In this document: positions 36,955 to 50,312 of the stretch, piece by piece
Layout: each line of letters begins with the position of its first letter
How positions within the stretch are numbered: the first letter of the stretch is position 1
Assembly (NCBI GenBank): GCA_043228905.1
Contig: JBHGNT010000001.1
Span: forward strand, 16,306,001 to 16,370,000
Length of the DNA: 64,000 nt
Source of the DNA: Azolla caroliniana
Lineage: Eukaryota; Plantae; Polypodiophyta
Direction of reading: 5' to 3'
Program-made: the position numbers and the translations under genes
The notes under the pieces: model-generated
What the model saw: only the letters and a program-made list of their open reading frames with translations
What the model was told of the DNA's origin: nothing
The model's database searches: none

Positions 36955-38086
36955 TGTCGTGAAGTACGAAAGCTTCACATTAAAAATCTACAATAAGATA
37001 AATACGTAACTAAAATAACATTTGATAATGTTTTATATATAAAGATAATATTAACAACACATATGATAATATTAGATATATATGTAAAGAAAAATAATAT
37101 ATATATATATAGATAAATATATTATATTACACGAACAAGAGAGGACTTGAACCAATAACCCCACCCTATGACTCTCAAATCTTACCATTTACTCTATACT
37201 AGTAATATACATAAAATAAAGCATACTTTATATATACTTTATATTAGATAAAGGATTTACTTCATGATATAAAAATATAGTTGTATGTTGTATTCAATAG
37301 TATTTTGAGACTCGAACCCACAACCTCATACACCAAAAGTCAACACACCTACCATTAGGCTACTCTTTAAGATTATATTTTCATGTTTATTGTTATTGTA
37401 GATATTATTTCATACATAAAAGCTCAAATGAGCGAGATTTTTATCATGCATCACATGTAATGCATGAACGCCAAATGGTGATCATGCATCACATGCATTT
37501 CATGCACTACATGCATGACTTGTACCCTCCAATGCATCATATGCATGGGGGCACCTATTTAAATGGTGAAAGAGAAGATCAAAAGGGGATGGGTATGAGA
37601 TATCAATCAAATATATATTACATAAGAGATACCATAAAATAGAGAAAGAAAGGAAGAAGTCAAGAAAAAGGTGGAGCTCTAGCTTGGCGGTCGTGGTGGT
37701 CAACTCTCAACAAGAGGGAGGCGGTTCGAGCCTTATCTTCATCAAAATATTGAAGTGAAGATTGTAGAGGTCTACAATCAAGAAAGAGAAGAGTGATTAC
37801 CTTGCAAGACAAAGTTCGGAGGTTCAACGACATGCACAATTATTTTGTAACTCTTTCATGAAAATGATTATAGATTTCATACACTTTCTCATATATTATT
37901 TTATATCTTATCTTGTCTTATCTTAAATTCCTTAAAAATCCTATTTTTTCATATCTTATTGATCTCTATTCACTCCATCTCTACTCTTTCGTCTCTTCCA
38001 TCCATAATCCCAGTGATTCCTTCCTCACTTTCACGTTATCCTTTGTGTGTGCAACGCTACGCTTCTAGGCGAGCCACGTCACGACA
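36955..38086. mobile_element. Solo LTR (1132 bp) inserted in RNase H of C
   Basis: Termini TGTCGTGA...TCACGACA; 4-bp TSD TCGT; removal restores C frame ELVNEKKLEVQKIDT. Confidence 0.85.
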
Positions 38087-40630
38087 TCGTAAACGAAAAG
38101 AAACTTGAAGTCCAGAAGATCGACACTGAGGTGAACATCGTCGATTGCTCGACGAAGCCACTCCCAAGTCTATGCTTCGGAGCACTAAGGAGGAAAATGG
38201 GGCTACGACAAGCGATCGAGCAGAAGAAAGTTGAACAAGGAGCAGAAGGTAAGATCTGATCGGAACAATAACGACACATCCTATACATTTGCCAACTCGG
38301 TTGCATGTTGACCGACTTGTAACATATAAACTTAGATCAATTTTTTAATCTAGGCTTACGGGGGAGATAATCCCAAACACTTTGTACATGCAAGAAAGAG
38401 TAGTCCTTTTACGGGGGAGTTTGTTGGCATAAAAGGCCGACTCCTCCCAAATTGTATCCGTCCAAGTGTGAACTAGTTAATAAGTTAGGGCTTAGTATAT
38501 AAGCGAATACCTAACATGGCAATGAGTGATGACGAGAAGAGTGTTGTATCTCTGAGAGAGAACGAAGTAATAAGAAGCTTTCCATTAAAGCTCGATCTAC
38601 TGTCTAAGTCTCGATTCACTGTATTTTCTGTGTGTGTTGTTTTTTGTGCATAAGCGAACAGGTCCGCATACGTATACATATATATATATACATCAACACA
38701 AGTGAATGAAAAAAAACAAGAGTAGAAACAAAAACTATTTTGCAAATATTGTAAAGGAACTGATAATATTTAAAGAACTGTCCAAAATTGGCTGAAAAAG
38801 AGGCAAGACTGGTTGTTGCAGAAGTCTTTACACTGAAAACAAAGTTTGCAAATTTTGTGTAGAATGAAGAATGGGTATTTAGTACTGTTTGCAATTTTGA
38901 CCCATCTTCACTTCAACAATATATGTCTGTTGTAGAATCAAATGTTTGGTACTTCGACAATGGGGTAACCAAACATATTACCTCACAACACAATTTCTTC
39001 TCTTCATTGGACATGCCCCTACAGGGAATATTGTCACATGCATCAACAACTCATATTTTCCAGTTATGGGTGTTGGTAAGATCTTTTGACTATTGTTGAT
39101 GGTAGTTCTTTCACCTTGTCAGATGCTTTGTTTGTGCCAGGGATCAAGAAAAATCTGTTGTCAATTTTAGCAATAGCCAAGATTAGCTTGGTTGTAAATT
39201 TTGTTGATAACAGGTGTACAGTTCATGATATGTCCAATGGTGATGTTATTATTGCTTCTGGCGTTTTATGTCGTGGATTGTATAAGCTCATAAATTATGA
39301 AAGATCTATAAATGATTCAACATGTGCAATATAGGATTCTTAGGCTATTTTACATGCACGATTTGGTCATCTGAATTTCGCAAGTTTGCTTCGCCTATAG
39401 AAATGTAAAATGGTGTCTTCCTTGCCCAAACTTGAGGCACCTCGGAAACATGTTTGTGAAGGCTGTATTTTGGGCAAAATGTAATGTTCTTCCTTTCCAA
39501 AAGATGGTTTGGTTAAACCTGTACGCAGAATTTCAGCTTGTTCATAGTGATGTTTATTGTCCTATGTAGACTCATTCTCTTGGGAACTCTCTTTACTTCG
39601 TGACTTTCATTGATGACTTTTCTACGCATGCATGGGTATATCCATTAAAAGAAAAGTCCAAAGTGTTTCTGTGCTTCAAACAGTTTCTAGCTTTGGCTGA
39701 AAATCTGTCAGCACATAATATGGGCACCCTTCGTTCTGGTCGGGGAGGGGGGGAGTATATGTCTTCTGAGTTTAATGCATTTATGGAAGAACGTGGGATA
39801 AAACATTAGTGTACAATGTCGTACACACCTCAACAGAATGGAGTTGCTAAAAGAAAGAATAGGTCACTCATGGAAATGGCAAGGTGTATGGTCAAAAGTC
39901 AAGCTTTACCACATAGTTTCTAGCTTGAGGTTGTCATGTGTGCAACATATGTACTTAACAAGTGTCCCACTAAAGCAATGCACTCTATCACTTCATATGA
40001 CGCTTGACATATCCAAAAGCCATCTATTGCTCATCTACGTGTTTTTGGTTGTTTGGCATTTGCATTAGTCGCGAAACAACAACGCAAAAAATTGGATGGT
40101 AAAGCAGTGAAATGTATTTTTGTAAGATACAGTTCTGAAAGTAAAGGCTATTGTCTATATCATCCACAGTCTAAATGCATTCTAGTTAGCCACGATGTTG
40201 TTTTTGTGGAGGATGCAATTCAACGACTTCTTTCATGTACTAAGAAGACATGAGTTAGCTCCAAAGATGTGTATGCCACTTTGTTGCCTCTTTTTACAAG
40301 TGGACAGTTAAGTGTTGGTCCAGTTGAGGCACCTTCATAGCCTTTGGAAGCTACTCATAATGATGTAGATCATTCCATTTTTGATGCATATCATTCTATT
40401 TTCGATGCAGACTTACATGATGCACTTATTAATGAGAGGGCTGATATAAAGGAGGTCAAGATTGTGCCTAAATAGTTGCAGACTTTGCAAGATAGCAAAT
40501 TAGATTTTCCTTTGTCATACCGTACTCGTTCAAGTTCCAAGTTCTCATAGTGCTTCTTTTGCATCAGATTGTTATGGTATGGCTGCCTCTAGCCTTTGTG
40601 ATGAGAATGAGCCTGTTTCTTTTTATGAAG

Positions 40631-43600
40631 TGTTGAGAATGAACCTCAACCTAGTGCAATGTGTGAACACACCCTTTGAGGATCTATGAGCACTCAAAGG
40701 TCAACAGTCACACCACTACTCTCTACACATTAACTATGTGTCGTAGAATCATATTCAATGATACATAACTAATGAGTTCCATATTCCCCATGACTATGAT
40801 TCTTCATATTCCCCAGGAGACAGTAGTTGTTGTAGTGAGTTAACAAAAAGAGAGGGTGACCTTATATAAAGCACCCTTCTCCTACTTCATATAGCGTCGG
40901 TTGTGACTCCTTGTAATGCTACATTTTGTATTTGTTATTCTCCTTGTTAATATACACCTTCTTCTTGAGTACTTCATGTCCTCTTTTATCTATCTTGTGT
41001 TTTCTCTTCTCTCCTCTCTTTTCTCTTACACACATACACACACATCTCTTCTATTGCACAAGAATCATATCCGATTCTTTACATGGTATTAGAGTGTTCT
41101 GGTAGCTTGATCTAGCCCATCCGCGTGTGTTGTGTCCTACGTCGACGTTCAAGAAGAACCGGCTCATCGCTATCGTAGTGCGACTACATAGCTCGTGTTC
41201 GAGAGACAAGGAAAAGAAGAAAGAAAGCTTCATCGACAATGAATAATCAAATGGGGAGCGCTCTCCCTAGAGAGAAGTTGGATTGAAACAACTTTGCATC
41301 TTGGGAGTACAAGATGCACCAATACCTTGTCGGTCAAGGATATTGGAGCTTCATTAAAGGAGCACAAGAAAATCGACTCGACCCTAAAGACGCCGACTTC
41401 TCAACATGGGAGCAAGCGGCAAGCTGAGTGATGTATTGTTTAACGACATGTGTTCATGACCACATGCTCGAGAAGCCGAGACGCCGAAGGAAGCATGGGA
41501 GAATCTCAAGAAGATTTTCGCCATCAACACGACAAAACGAAAGCATCAACTCCACCAAGAGTTGAACAACATCTAACAAAGGGATATCTCCATCAGAAGC
41601 TACACCTTGAAGATCAAGGAGCTTTGTGACTCGCTTGGCTCAATAAGCATCAATGTGGATGATGATGAGATGGTGCAAATATGCCTCGGCGGCCTTGCAC
41701 CACGGTTCGGCGCGATGAGGACCGTCGTACTAGCACGAGAACATCCTCCCTCTTTCTTAGATCTTCAATCCATGTTGTTGGTCGAAGAAAACCATGTTCG
41801 AACAAGGAGCAACGCCTCGGAAGGCCACATTCTCTACAAACACATTTGAATGGAGGAAGAGGACACGACCGAGCAAGAGGCCGATTTGGCCAAGGACGAG
41901 GCGGACGAGGCCCGACTTTGGAAAACAACTCGCAATTTCAGCAACAAGATAGAAGCCATCGAGGAACCTTCGGAACAAGGGGGAGCTTCTATTCCGGTCT
42001 GAGTCGACAAAACTCGATCGAATGCGGATATTGCGGTAAAATCGGCCACCACGAAGAAGAGTGCCGAAAGAAGATGCGCGAGTCAGCTTCCACAAGCTGA
42101 CAACTCACCAATTATGCCACCAACTCTGACTATGACGATCATGGTGGAATGTTTGTGATGAGACATAGAGCAAATTCTATGTCGGCTTCTACTTCAAATA
42201 GTGCCTCTAGTCCGAAACACGTATGGTCCGTCGAATCCGGTGCTTCGAACCATATGACGTCTCATCAAGAATGGTTCCGAGAACTTCAAAAGCCGGACCG
42301 ACTCGGTTATGTCGAAACCGGAGACAACATTACTCATCCGATTCGGCACATCGTCAATGTTCCATTCGGAAAAGAAGCTAACCAAACTTACATTAAGAAT
42401 GTCTTGCATGTACTTACCATTACTAAGAATTTGGTCTCCATCGGCCAAATTGTTGAGCAAGGGATGCAAGTTCAATTTAATCAAGGCGGTTGCTTCATCG
42501 AAAAAGAAGGTCAACTCATCGCTCGCGGATGAAGAGAGGGTCGAATGTTTATTCTCGACTCGCACAAGATGAAATTGGCCATGTTTGCAAAGGGCACCAA
42601 AGTTAACACCAACATAGAGTTGTGGCACAAGCGGATTGGCCACATCAACCTCCAAAAGCTCAAGGCAATGCAATTGAAAGGAGTCTTCATCGGATTCCCG
42701 ACCATGGTTGTTTAAATACCCACATTTAACGTTTAAATACGTATAGTACCAAATTATTTGTATAGTACGTACTATACCTCAATGTTGTTCAGTCAAATAT
42801 CATGTACATTTGTCCAATACGGTATTTAACATATTTATAGAAAAACAAGTATAATACATATTTATAAAGAAAATGTAAGTAAAACCCCAACAAAAACCAA
42901 AAGAAAAAAAAGATTTTAGTGAAAAAGAAGCCAAAGGAAGGAAGAAAGAAGAATAAAAGAGACGACGATGAAGAAGAAGAAGAGAGAAAAGAAGGCATAA
43001 ACCTGTCCTAACTCTAAGTGTGATAATCGGAGAAGATAAAAGAAGAAGAAGAATAAAACAAAGAAAAGAGAAACCTATCATGAGTGATAATCGTAGACGA
43101 TTCCTCAATCTATAAAGCCATAATTGTAAATAATTACAATTTGAGGTAGAACATCGTGATACACACTTAAACTGATTTATAGAATAAGGGAATGTCGACA
43201 TCCATATTACTGTATTTTAGGATGTGAAATGTTCAAATGCCTTATATGCATTTTAGGATGTAGAACTATATTGTACATCACAAAATTGTGTAAACATAGA
43301 TGTTTTTTACAATATTATAGATATTTTTTAGAAAGGTAAATAATTTTCAAATTCTAGAAGTATTTAATGTACTATACGTAAAATACGTATTTTATAAGTA
43401 TTTAACATATTAAGAAAACGTATTTAACGTATTTTTAAATTGGGAGGTACTATATGCGCATTAATACGTTCTATACGTATGGTATCCATACCGTACCTAA
43501 CAACCTAACAACCTTGCTCCCGACCTTCAAAGAGAAGGAGATTGAAGGCGTATGTGTAGCATGTCAATTCGGCAAGCAACATTGGCACCCATTTTCGAAG

Positions 43601-43862
43601 GAGAGGAACATGAGCAAAGGCGTACTCGACGTAATTCATTCTGATGTATGGGGACCGGCTCAGAGGGCAACATTCAACGGATATCGATACTACGTGGTCT
43701 TCATCAACGACTTCTCCAGGCACACCTGGATCTACCCCATGCGGCAAAAGAGCAAAGTGTTCGGACACTTCCAAAAATTCAAGAGTGGAGTTGAAAAGGA
43801 AACAGGTCGACATGTACGATGTCTTCGATTGGATAGAGGAAAAGAGTACATCTCCGACGAAT
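40631..43862 (+). mobile_element. Ty1/Copia element G (related to A), 3'-truncated, inserted in B
   Basis: LTR 40631-41083, PBS TGGTATTAGAG 41084-41094, decayed gag, CGYCGKIGHHEEEC, protease, integrase ending at GKEYISDE. Confidence 0.9.
42703..43516. mobile_element. Non-autonomous hAT-type DNA transposon in G
   Basis: TIR CATGGTTGTT/AACAACCTTG (9/10); 8-bp TSD ttcccgac/ctcccgac; AT-rich with TACGTA subterminal motifs; removal restores IGxPTFKEKE. Confidence 0.85.
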
Positions 43863-44191
43863 CAGAGTAGGAACTTCCACCCGTAAGTCCTGCAGCAACA
43901 ACCTAAGCTAGATAGCTTCACATGTCGCGACGGTGGCTCCTCTATACTCAACCTCAGTGCTTGACAAAGCCACTCTCGGTTGCTTCTTATTGCTCCACAC
44001 TACTGTTGTGCTTCCAAGAGAGAACATGAAACCTAACGTGGATTGGCGATCTGACACATCTTCGGCCTAGTCGGCATCCGTATAGCCGACTAACTTTTCG
44101 GCTATATTGTGTCGGTATAGTAGTCTCGGACCCTTCGTGCTCCTCACATATCTCAATAGTCGATGCGCGCATTGAAGATGCTCTATTGTCG

Positions 44192-44911
44192 TGTTGGGAG
44201 ACAAGTCCCTCCGGATGGGAAGGGAGAAGAACAATGCTGATGAATAAACTCGGCCGAGGCCGAAACCGGATGGTGCAGACCCGGTATGAACCGGATGAGG
44301 AATACCCGGCTACAAAGAGCCGGATGGTGCAGACCCGGTATGAACCGGATGAGGAGTACCCGGCTACGGAGAGCCGGATGGTGCAGACCCAGTATGAACC
44401 GGATGAGGAGTACCCGGCTACGGAGAGCCGGATGGTGCAGACCTGGTATGAACCGGATGAAGAGACATATTCGTAAATATGTTTATGAGAGTCCATCGAG
44501 GCTATATTTGTAAATAGCCAAAAAATCATATTAGTATAAATATGACTTAGGGCAAACTTTTAGTTGTGGTTGTCGTTTCTTGTTGGTGCAAGAGAAGAGA
44601 GAGTGCGTAACTGTACATAGAGAGAGAGAGAGAAAGAGGTCATTGCCTCTGTTGTAACCGCCGCCTGTGGCGAAGATCTGTGAGCACGAGGTCGTTGCCT
44701 CAGTGAACTCACTATTGTACATTCTTACATAGTGACAGTTTGCAGCCTGTGGGCTGCCATGGTTTTTCCCCTAGTTTGGTGTTTTCCACGTAAACCTCCT
44801 GTGTATCTTCCTCTTCTTTGTGTCGTGTTTTATTTCCCGTTTTTTTCTGTGTATCATTCTAAGCTCGGTTGTGGCCGAGCGTTGCGCATAAGGAGCGTTG
44901 AGTTCCCGTCA
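44192..44911. mobile_element. Solo LTR (720 bp) in RT/RH of H
   Basis: TGTTGGGA...TCCCGTCA; perfect TSD TGTCG; removal restores MQRPTIEH. Confidence 0.92.
44266..44460. repeat. 54-bp tandem repeat (~3.6 copies) inside the solo LTR
   Basis: ccggatggtgcagaccc units at 44266, 44320, 44374, 44428. Confidence 0.95.
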
Positions 44912-47257
44912 TGTCGGTCGCTGCATGAACTGACTAATCACCCCGACCAGATAGCTAAGGTCGTGTCGAGTGATAATTAAATATATAAGGCTAAATCCGA
45001 AAATTTGTCGGAACCGCTTCGCATTGCACACTGCTCCCGAGTCGGGACATAGCTTCAAGTTTCTATCGAGGGGAGTAGAGACGGATTGACAATCCGTCAT
45101 ACCAAACTTGTATAACATTTTCCATACATAATGTCATTGAGACAACAATATGTCGTTGGGGGTGTGAATCACTTCGCTCTCGAGGAAGTAGTGAAGGTCC
45201 CCTAGGTCCTTCACCTCGAATGCGTCTGACAACTGGAACTTTACTCTACCGATTTCAACAAGGTCGGGTTCGGTGACGACCAAGTCATCCATGTACATCA
45301 GAATGCAAACCGAACCCTTAGGACTTTTCTGGATGAACAACGAGGAGTCGGATTTGGAGGCCATAAACCCCATCTTACGCAACCGATGCGTGATCTTTGA
45401 GTTCCAAACACGGGGAGGTTGCTTAAGGTCGTAAAGCGACTTCTTTAGTTGACATACTGCCAACTTGTTAACCTCCGACTGAAATCCGTGTGGTTGGACC
45501 ATGTACACCTGTTCTTCAAGATCTCCTTGAAGAAGCACGTTCTTCACGTCCATCTGGTGGAGATGTCACCCTCTTGCCGCTGCTACCGCCAACACCACAC
45601 GAACCGTCGTCATCATCACCACCAGTACGAAGGTCTCGTCGTAGTTGATTTTGTGTGTATGCGCATATCCCTTGGTTACTAGTCGGGGCTTGTAACGATT
45701 GACCGAACCGTCGGCAGTGTATTTCACCTTATACACCCACTTACATCCGATCGGTTTGCAATATCAAGGAGGGTCAACCAAGTCCCATGTGTCATTGGCA
45801 ACTAGTGCCGGCATTTCTTCCTCCATGGCCGAACACCATTTGGCATCCTGTGAGGCCTCCGCATAGCTCTCCGACTCGCGGACTATTACCACTTTCGTCA
45901 TGTATGCATAGTGGTGTGCCATGTACTCGTTATATCCATACTGGATCACCGGTTTCTTGTGGCAAGTAGATCGACGTAACTTCTCGTTAGCCGATCTTAG
46001 GGCCCTCTTGACCACATTCGACCTCAACTCTTGAGGTCTGTCTTGGCTCCGATTGTTGTCGGATTCTCCTAGATCTGACTCTGCTTCTGCTTATTCCGTG
46101 TTGTACTCCGACATCTTCATCCTCCCATTTTCTTTGCGCATGAACCGTCTCCTCAGTTCCTTGCATGGGGATAACACGGTCGAGCCTTCACTACTCACCG
46201 GTTCTTCATTCTGCTAGTCTTCTCGACTAAGCTCTTCCCTCAGACCACTCAATCGAAATGAAATTGGACTCTCTTCCAGAGTACTAAAATCCTGTTCTTC
46301 TTCTGCTTGGATCATGTCGGGCTCAATGGCCTCATCCTCAATAACCGGGAGGGCGGAGTTGTCGGGGGTTAGAGTCGGAAGTGCATATCAGGACACCGAC
46401 TCGTCGAACACATCTCGGCTTACTTGAACTTGTTTGGTCTAGAGGTTATAACACTTATACCCCTTCTGTTCATGTGAATAGCCAACTTAGATACACTTCT
46501 CTGACTTAGCACCCAACTTCTTCCTCGTCTCATCCAACACATGCACATAGGCAATGCTACCGAATACCCTCAGGTGTCTCAAGTTCGGCTTTCGTTCGAA
46601 ATACAGCTCGTGAATGTAGACCGTAGTCTAAACCACTTCGGCCCAATAAAATTTTGGCATGCTTTTCTCCTACAACATTGCCCTTGCCGCTTCCACAACC
46701 GATTGGTCTTCCTTTCAGCTACGTCGTTTTGCTCCGGCATATATCTACAACTGAATTTGTGTTGAATTCCCATTTGTTGTAAATAATAACTGAACTGGCC
46801 GGAGAAGTATTCTTTTCCGCCATTCGACCGCAGGCTCTTGATCTTTCTTTCTGTTTCCCTATTGAAGACTTTTCAGGTTCTGGAAACAATCGAAGACTTC
46901 ACTCTTCTTTTCTATCAAGTAGATCCAAGTGTGTCGGCTATAGTCGTCGATGAAGGAGACAAAGTATCGACTCCCACCTAAGCTCACATTCTGTGCCGGT
47001 TCCCATACATTTGACTGTATTAAATCGAGCTTATTCAAGCTTCGATTAAGCTCGTTGGGGAATGGAAGTCGGTGTTGCTTCCCTAGTTGGCAGGCTTCAC
47101 AAACTTGGGCCTTCAAGCCACTAAACGTCAGCAAACCGAAAACGACTTGTCTCGTTTGCAACTCCTAAAGCCTTTGGTGGTTGATGTGGTCGATCCGCTT
47201 GTGCCACAAGTCGATATCTGAATCAACCTTTTACCCTTTAGCGAACAATGCGATGAG

Positions 47258-47500
47258 ATGTCATTTGTATCGAGGATGAACATCCTCCCTTCCTAATGCT
47301 ATGATCTGGCCTTCTTCTTCAATAAAGCACCCTAGGTGGGTGAACTAGACCTGCATCCCTTGATCAACAATCTACCGACGTCATTTGTATCGAGGATGAA
47401 CATCCTCCCTTCCTAGCGCCCTTGCTCTATGATATGGCCTTCTTCTTCGATGAAGCACCCTAGGTGGGTGAACCAGACATGCGTCCCTTAATCAACGATC
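47258..47500. repeat. Imperfect ~120-bp tandem duplication in H
   Basis: tcatttgtatcgaggatgaacatcctcccttccta occurs at 47261 and 47381, followed by similar ttcttcttc..gcaccctaggtgggtgaac. Confidence 0.85.
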
Positions 47501-49656
47501 TGCTCGACCGACACAAAGTTTTTCGATATTGTCGAAATGTGCAACATGTTAAAGTCTCCCCTTTTGTCCAACATTGCTTAGGGGAACATCCCCGACATGT
47601 TCAATCGAATGCGAGGTGTTGTCTCCAATTTCGACGACTCCCAGTTGTTCCGGTTTCTTCAAGCATGATAACCACTCTTCATTGCTCGTCATGTGATTTG
47701 ATGCTCAAGAGTTTACGTACCACACCTCGTTCGGTTTCGAGGTTCTCTTCTTCATCGAGTTTGCCTTGTGCTTCATCACAAAGGTTGGCCCCTTTTTGGT
47801 TTTGGGTCCATCCGAACACTCGGCGTAGTGCGAACGCTGCCAATTTCCATGTTCAGCTCTGTTGGATCCAGATTTGTCTGAATCGGTGCGCTTCTTCCAG
47901 CACTCGCTCTCTCTGTGGCCCTTCCGACCACAGTACCAACATTCTGTTTCGGCCTTTGCTTGCCAGTTCCCGGCGCCACCTTGCTTGTGGAGGGGTCTGG
48001 AACTGTTGTCCACACCACGTATGTGTCTTCTTTCATGCTCTTGTGGACCGCCACCACTGCGTGTCAATCCACCTCGTCCTCCACGTCCACGAGGCCTATC
48101 TGCCTACCGAAGCTGCAACTTCCGGGTCGTGGTACTTGCGACGAAAATCTTTTTCAGATTTTCTCAGGCCTCCTTCGGCGCCTTCGCATCCCGAATGTAG
48201 CCCAACATCTGATTGTGTACACAAGATGCAAGGTAATACAAGACTTTGCTTGCTCCTTGTTCCCAAACCGGAAAATCCTTGTGTCCTGACTCTGAAGCCA
48301 CTTCGTTCACTCCTTCCACATAACTTCCACATAACCCCAATGTCTGTGTCCAAGAAGATACTAGTGCATCTTGTAAGACCAAGATGCATAGTTGCTAGGA
48401 TCAAGCTTCTCCTTCGAAAGTGAGTATTGTCATTCCTCTGTCCATTTTCTTCTTCTTTTCAGTTCTCAACCGAGTGTTAAGGTTTGTCTATGTTTGAGCG
48501 TTTATTGGCAACAGAGGATTCTCAACCATCACGCTCCGATACCATGTGAAGATTAGCATGCATAAGCTACACAAACACAACTGGCTCAGCTGGATTACAA
48601 TGGAGAATAGTAAACACAAAGAACAATAGTGAGAGAGAGAGTACACAAGAGAGAGAGAGAGAGAGAGAGAGCAGAACAACAAAAAACTCTAATTCAAAAT
48701 AATACTCTACCTATACATACAAATGTGCTTAGTGACCACTTTTATACAAGTCCATAAGGGATAGTCAAAAGTACTGACAAGTACTTCAATGCTCATAACT
48801 GAGCTACTTACACTAACTCCCAAAAATATGTCTATCTACTAGACTAGGATTGTAGGCCTCTAACGACTTATCGGCTCACGCAAATCCGGGTCTCCGATCC
48901 GAGCCTAGCCAATCCACCGATCCAGGACTAGACGATTGATCTTCATCCGATCCAACTCTCGGCTTGTTCAACCGATTCGGCCCACGTTGAGCTTGCTCGC
49001 TCAACAAAAGGCCACAAAAGGCCATCTCAAAATCATACCATGACCCTTATGATTGTGACAATAGGGAAGGCATTGAATCATGTTATCATTGCTTCGAGTA
49101 CAACTTGAATGATGTGATGCACAACTCATGTACATATAGAAGTTGATGCATATTCAAACCAAGTTGCTACGTTGTAAAAGTCAAAACCATATCATGCTCG
49201 TCACATCTTCAACCAACTTACATGCAAGAACATAAAATGATAAATTGTATTAATGAATCAACTCCAAAAGGGTATTACTTCAAGCATTGAGTGGACAAAC
49301 ATGCTATGGCACACTATTGATGTCGTAAATGCTTGATAAGTGGTGATATTACATCCACATTGAAATGCTAAAACACTAAGCACTAGAGTTCTTTAAGGAA
49401 AGTGTTTCAAAAGCATATTTATGTATTATAAATGCAACTATGAATCATAAATCTTTTTCAAAGAGAGGTGATAATTTATAAACCTTAGTGTGCTCACCAT
49501 TGCTTTTCAAGTAGCACAATGCAATACAAATATAAGTGACTCACCATTCTATAGACATGTCATAATGTATTCTTGACTGCAGGAAAGCAACAAATACTTG
49601 TTGTAACTAGACTCTTATATATAATGTTTGGTTCTGTAGCAAAAATAGATAACGAA

Positions 49657-49938
49657 TCACTTGTGAGGCCTTGTACTACCAACAAGGCTAAATGTAACCT
49701 TCCTTTGGTCTGTGTTTTGTGATGCAGGAATCAAAGTATTCTCTTTGATAGAATCAGTGGGCATTTGATTTTCTTCAACATCCATCTCTTCGGATTGTTC
49801 TGTGGCATTTATAGGTACGTATAGTTGGTAGTTAGGTGCAAGTAATGCATCTTTCTGAGGAGGTAATGATATCCCTGATCCACTTATGGCTTTTGGCAAA
49901 GGAGCTCTATTCCTAACCCTGGCTAGCTCCAATAAAGT
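49657..49938 (-). CDS. TAF9: TFIID subunit TAF9, exon 2
   Basis: Acceptor tgcAG (49940-49939); [39 protein letters not shown] is the conserved TAF9 C-terminal region; TGA at 49659-49657. Confidence 0.93.
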   Translation of the reverse strand, partial: TLLELARVRNRAPLPKAISGSGISLPPQKDALLAPNYQLYVPINATEQSEEMDVEENQMPTDSIKENTLIPASQNTDQRKVTFSLVGSTRPHK

Positions 49939-50254
49939 CTGCATTCACAAAAGTTAAACTTCAATCTATTTCGTTTTCAGATATGTATTGCATTATACAG
50001 TGTCAGGATACAAGTTCCTCTTTCTCATTCACATAGTAAGACTTATGCACTAGTCATGGTTGAATTTTTATTAACCCATAGAGATGGGTTCAAATTCTAC
50101 AATTTTACTAGATAACAATGAAATATGTTTAGGTTAACAGCATGTCCTTCTAGCCAACTATAAATAAAAATAAATTTACTCATTTGTTGTTACCGAGTGG
50201 GAAACTAGACTTGGTGTATGCATTACACACTTACAATTAACACATCTACATCTG

Positions 50255-50312
<58 letters not shown>

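Larger units (their letters stand above)
11649..38698 (+). mobile_element. Ty1/Copia element C (Tnt1/Tork-like), degenerate, inserted in gag of B
   Basis: LTRs 11649-11940 and 38422-38698 (diverged); perfect TSD CAAGT; mutated PBS TAGTATCAGAGC 11943-11954; PPT ttacgggggag. Gag-PR-INT 12039-13688; INT-RT(YVDD)-RH 34478-36954 and 38091-~38220 with stops. Confidence 0.95.
10242..40630 (+). mobile_element. Ty1/Copia element B (outermost host of the nest), degenerate and 3'-truncated; own sequence 10242-11648 and 38704-40630
   Basis: LTR 10242-10495, PBS 10497-10508. Gag KLDGTNYPLWAYMM from 10891; after C come CKYCK knuckle, WYFDNG protease and integrase remnants. No RT or 3' LTR found. Confidence 0.88.
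43860..49006 (-). mobile_element. Ty1/Copia element H, degenerate, 3' end lost
   Basis: LTR 49006-48545; PBS TGGTATCGGAGC 48544-48533; gag with internal deletion, CWYCGRKGHRESEC, integrase, RT (YMDD), RNase H truncated at LRVEVPTLI. Confidence 0.9.

Noticed and set aside
47464-48423. 319-aa plus-strand ORF
   Set aside because: Antisense shadow of Copia H gag/protease with no recognisable motifs.
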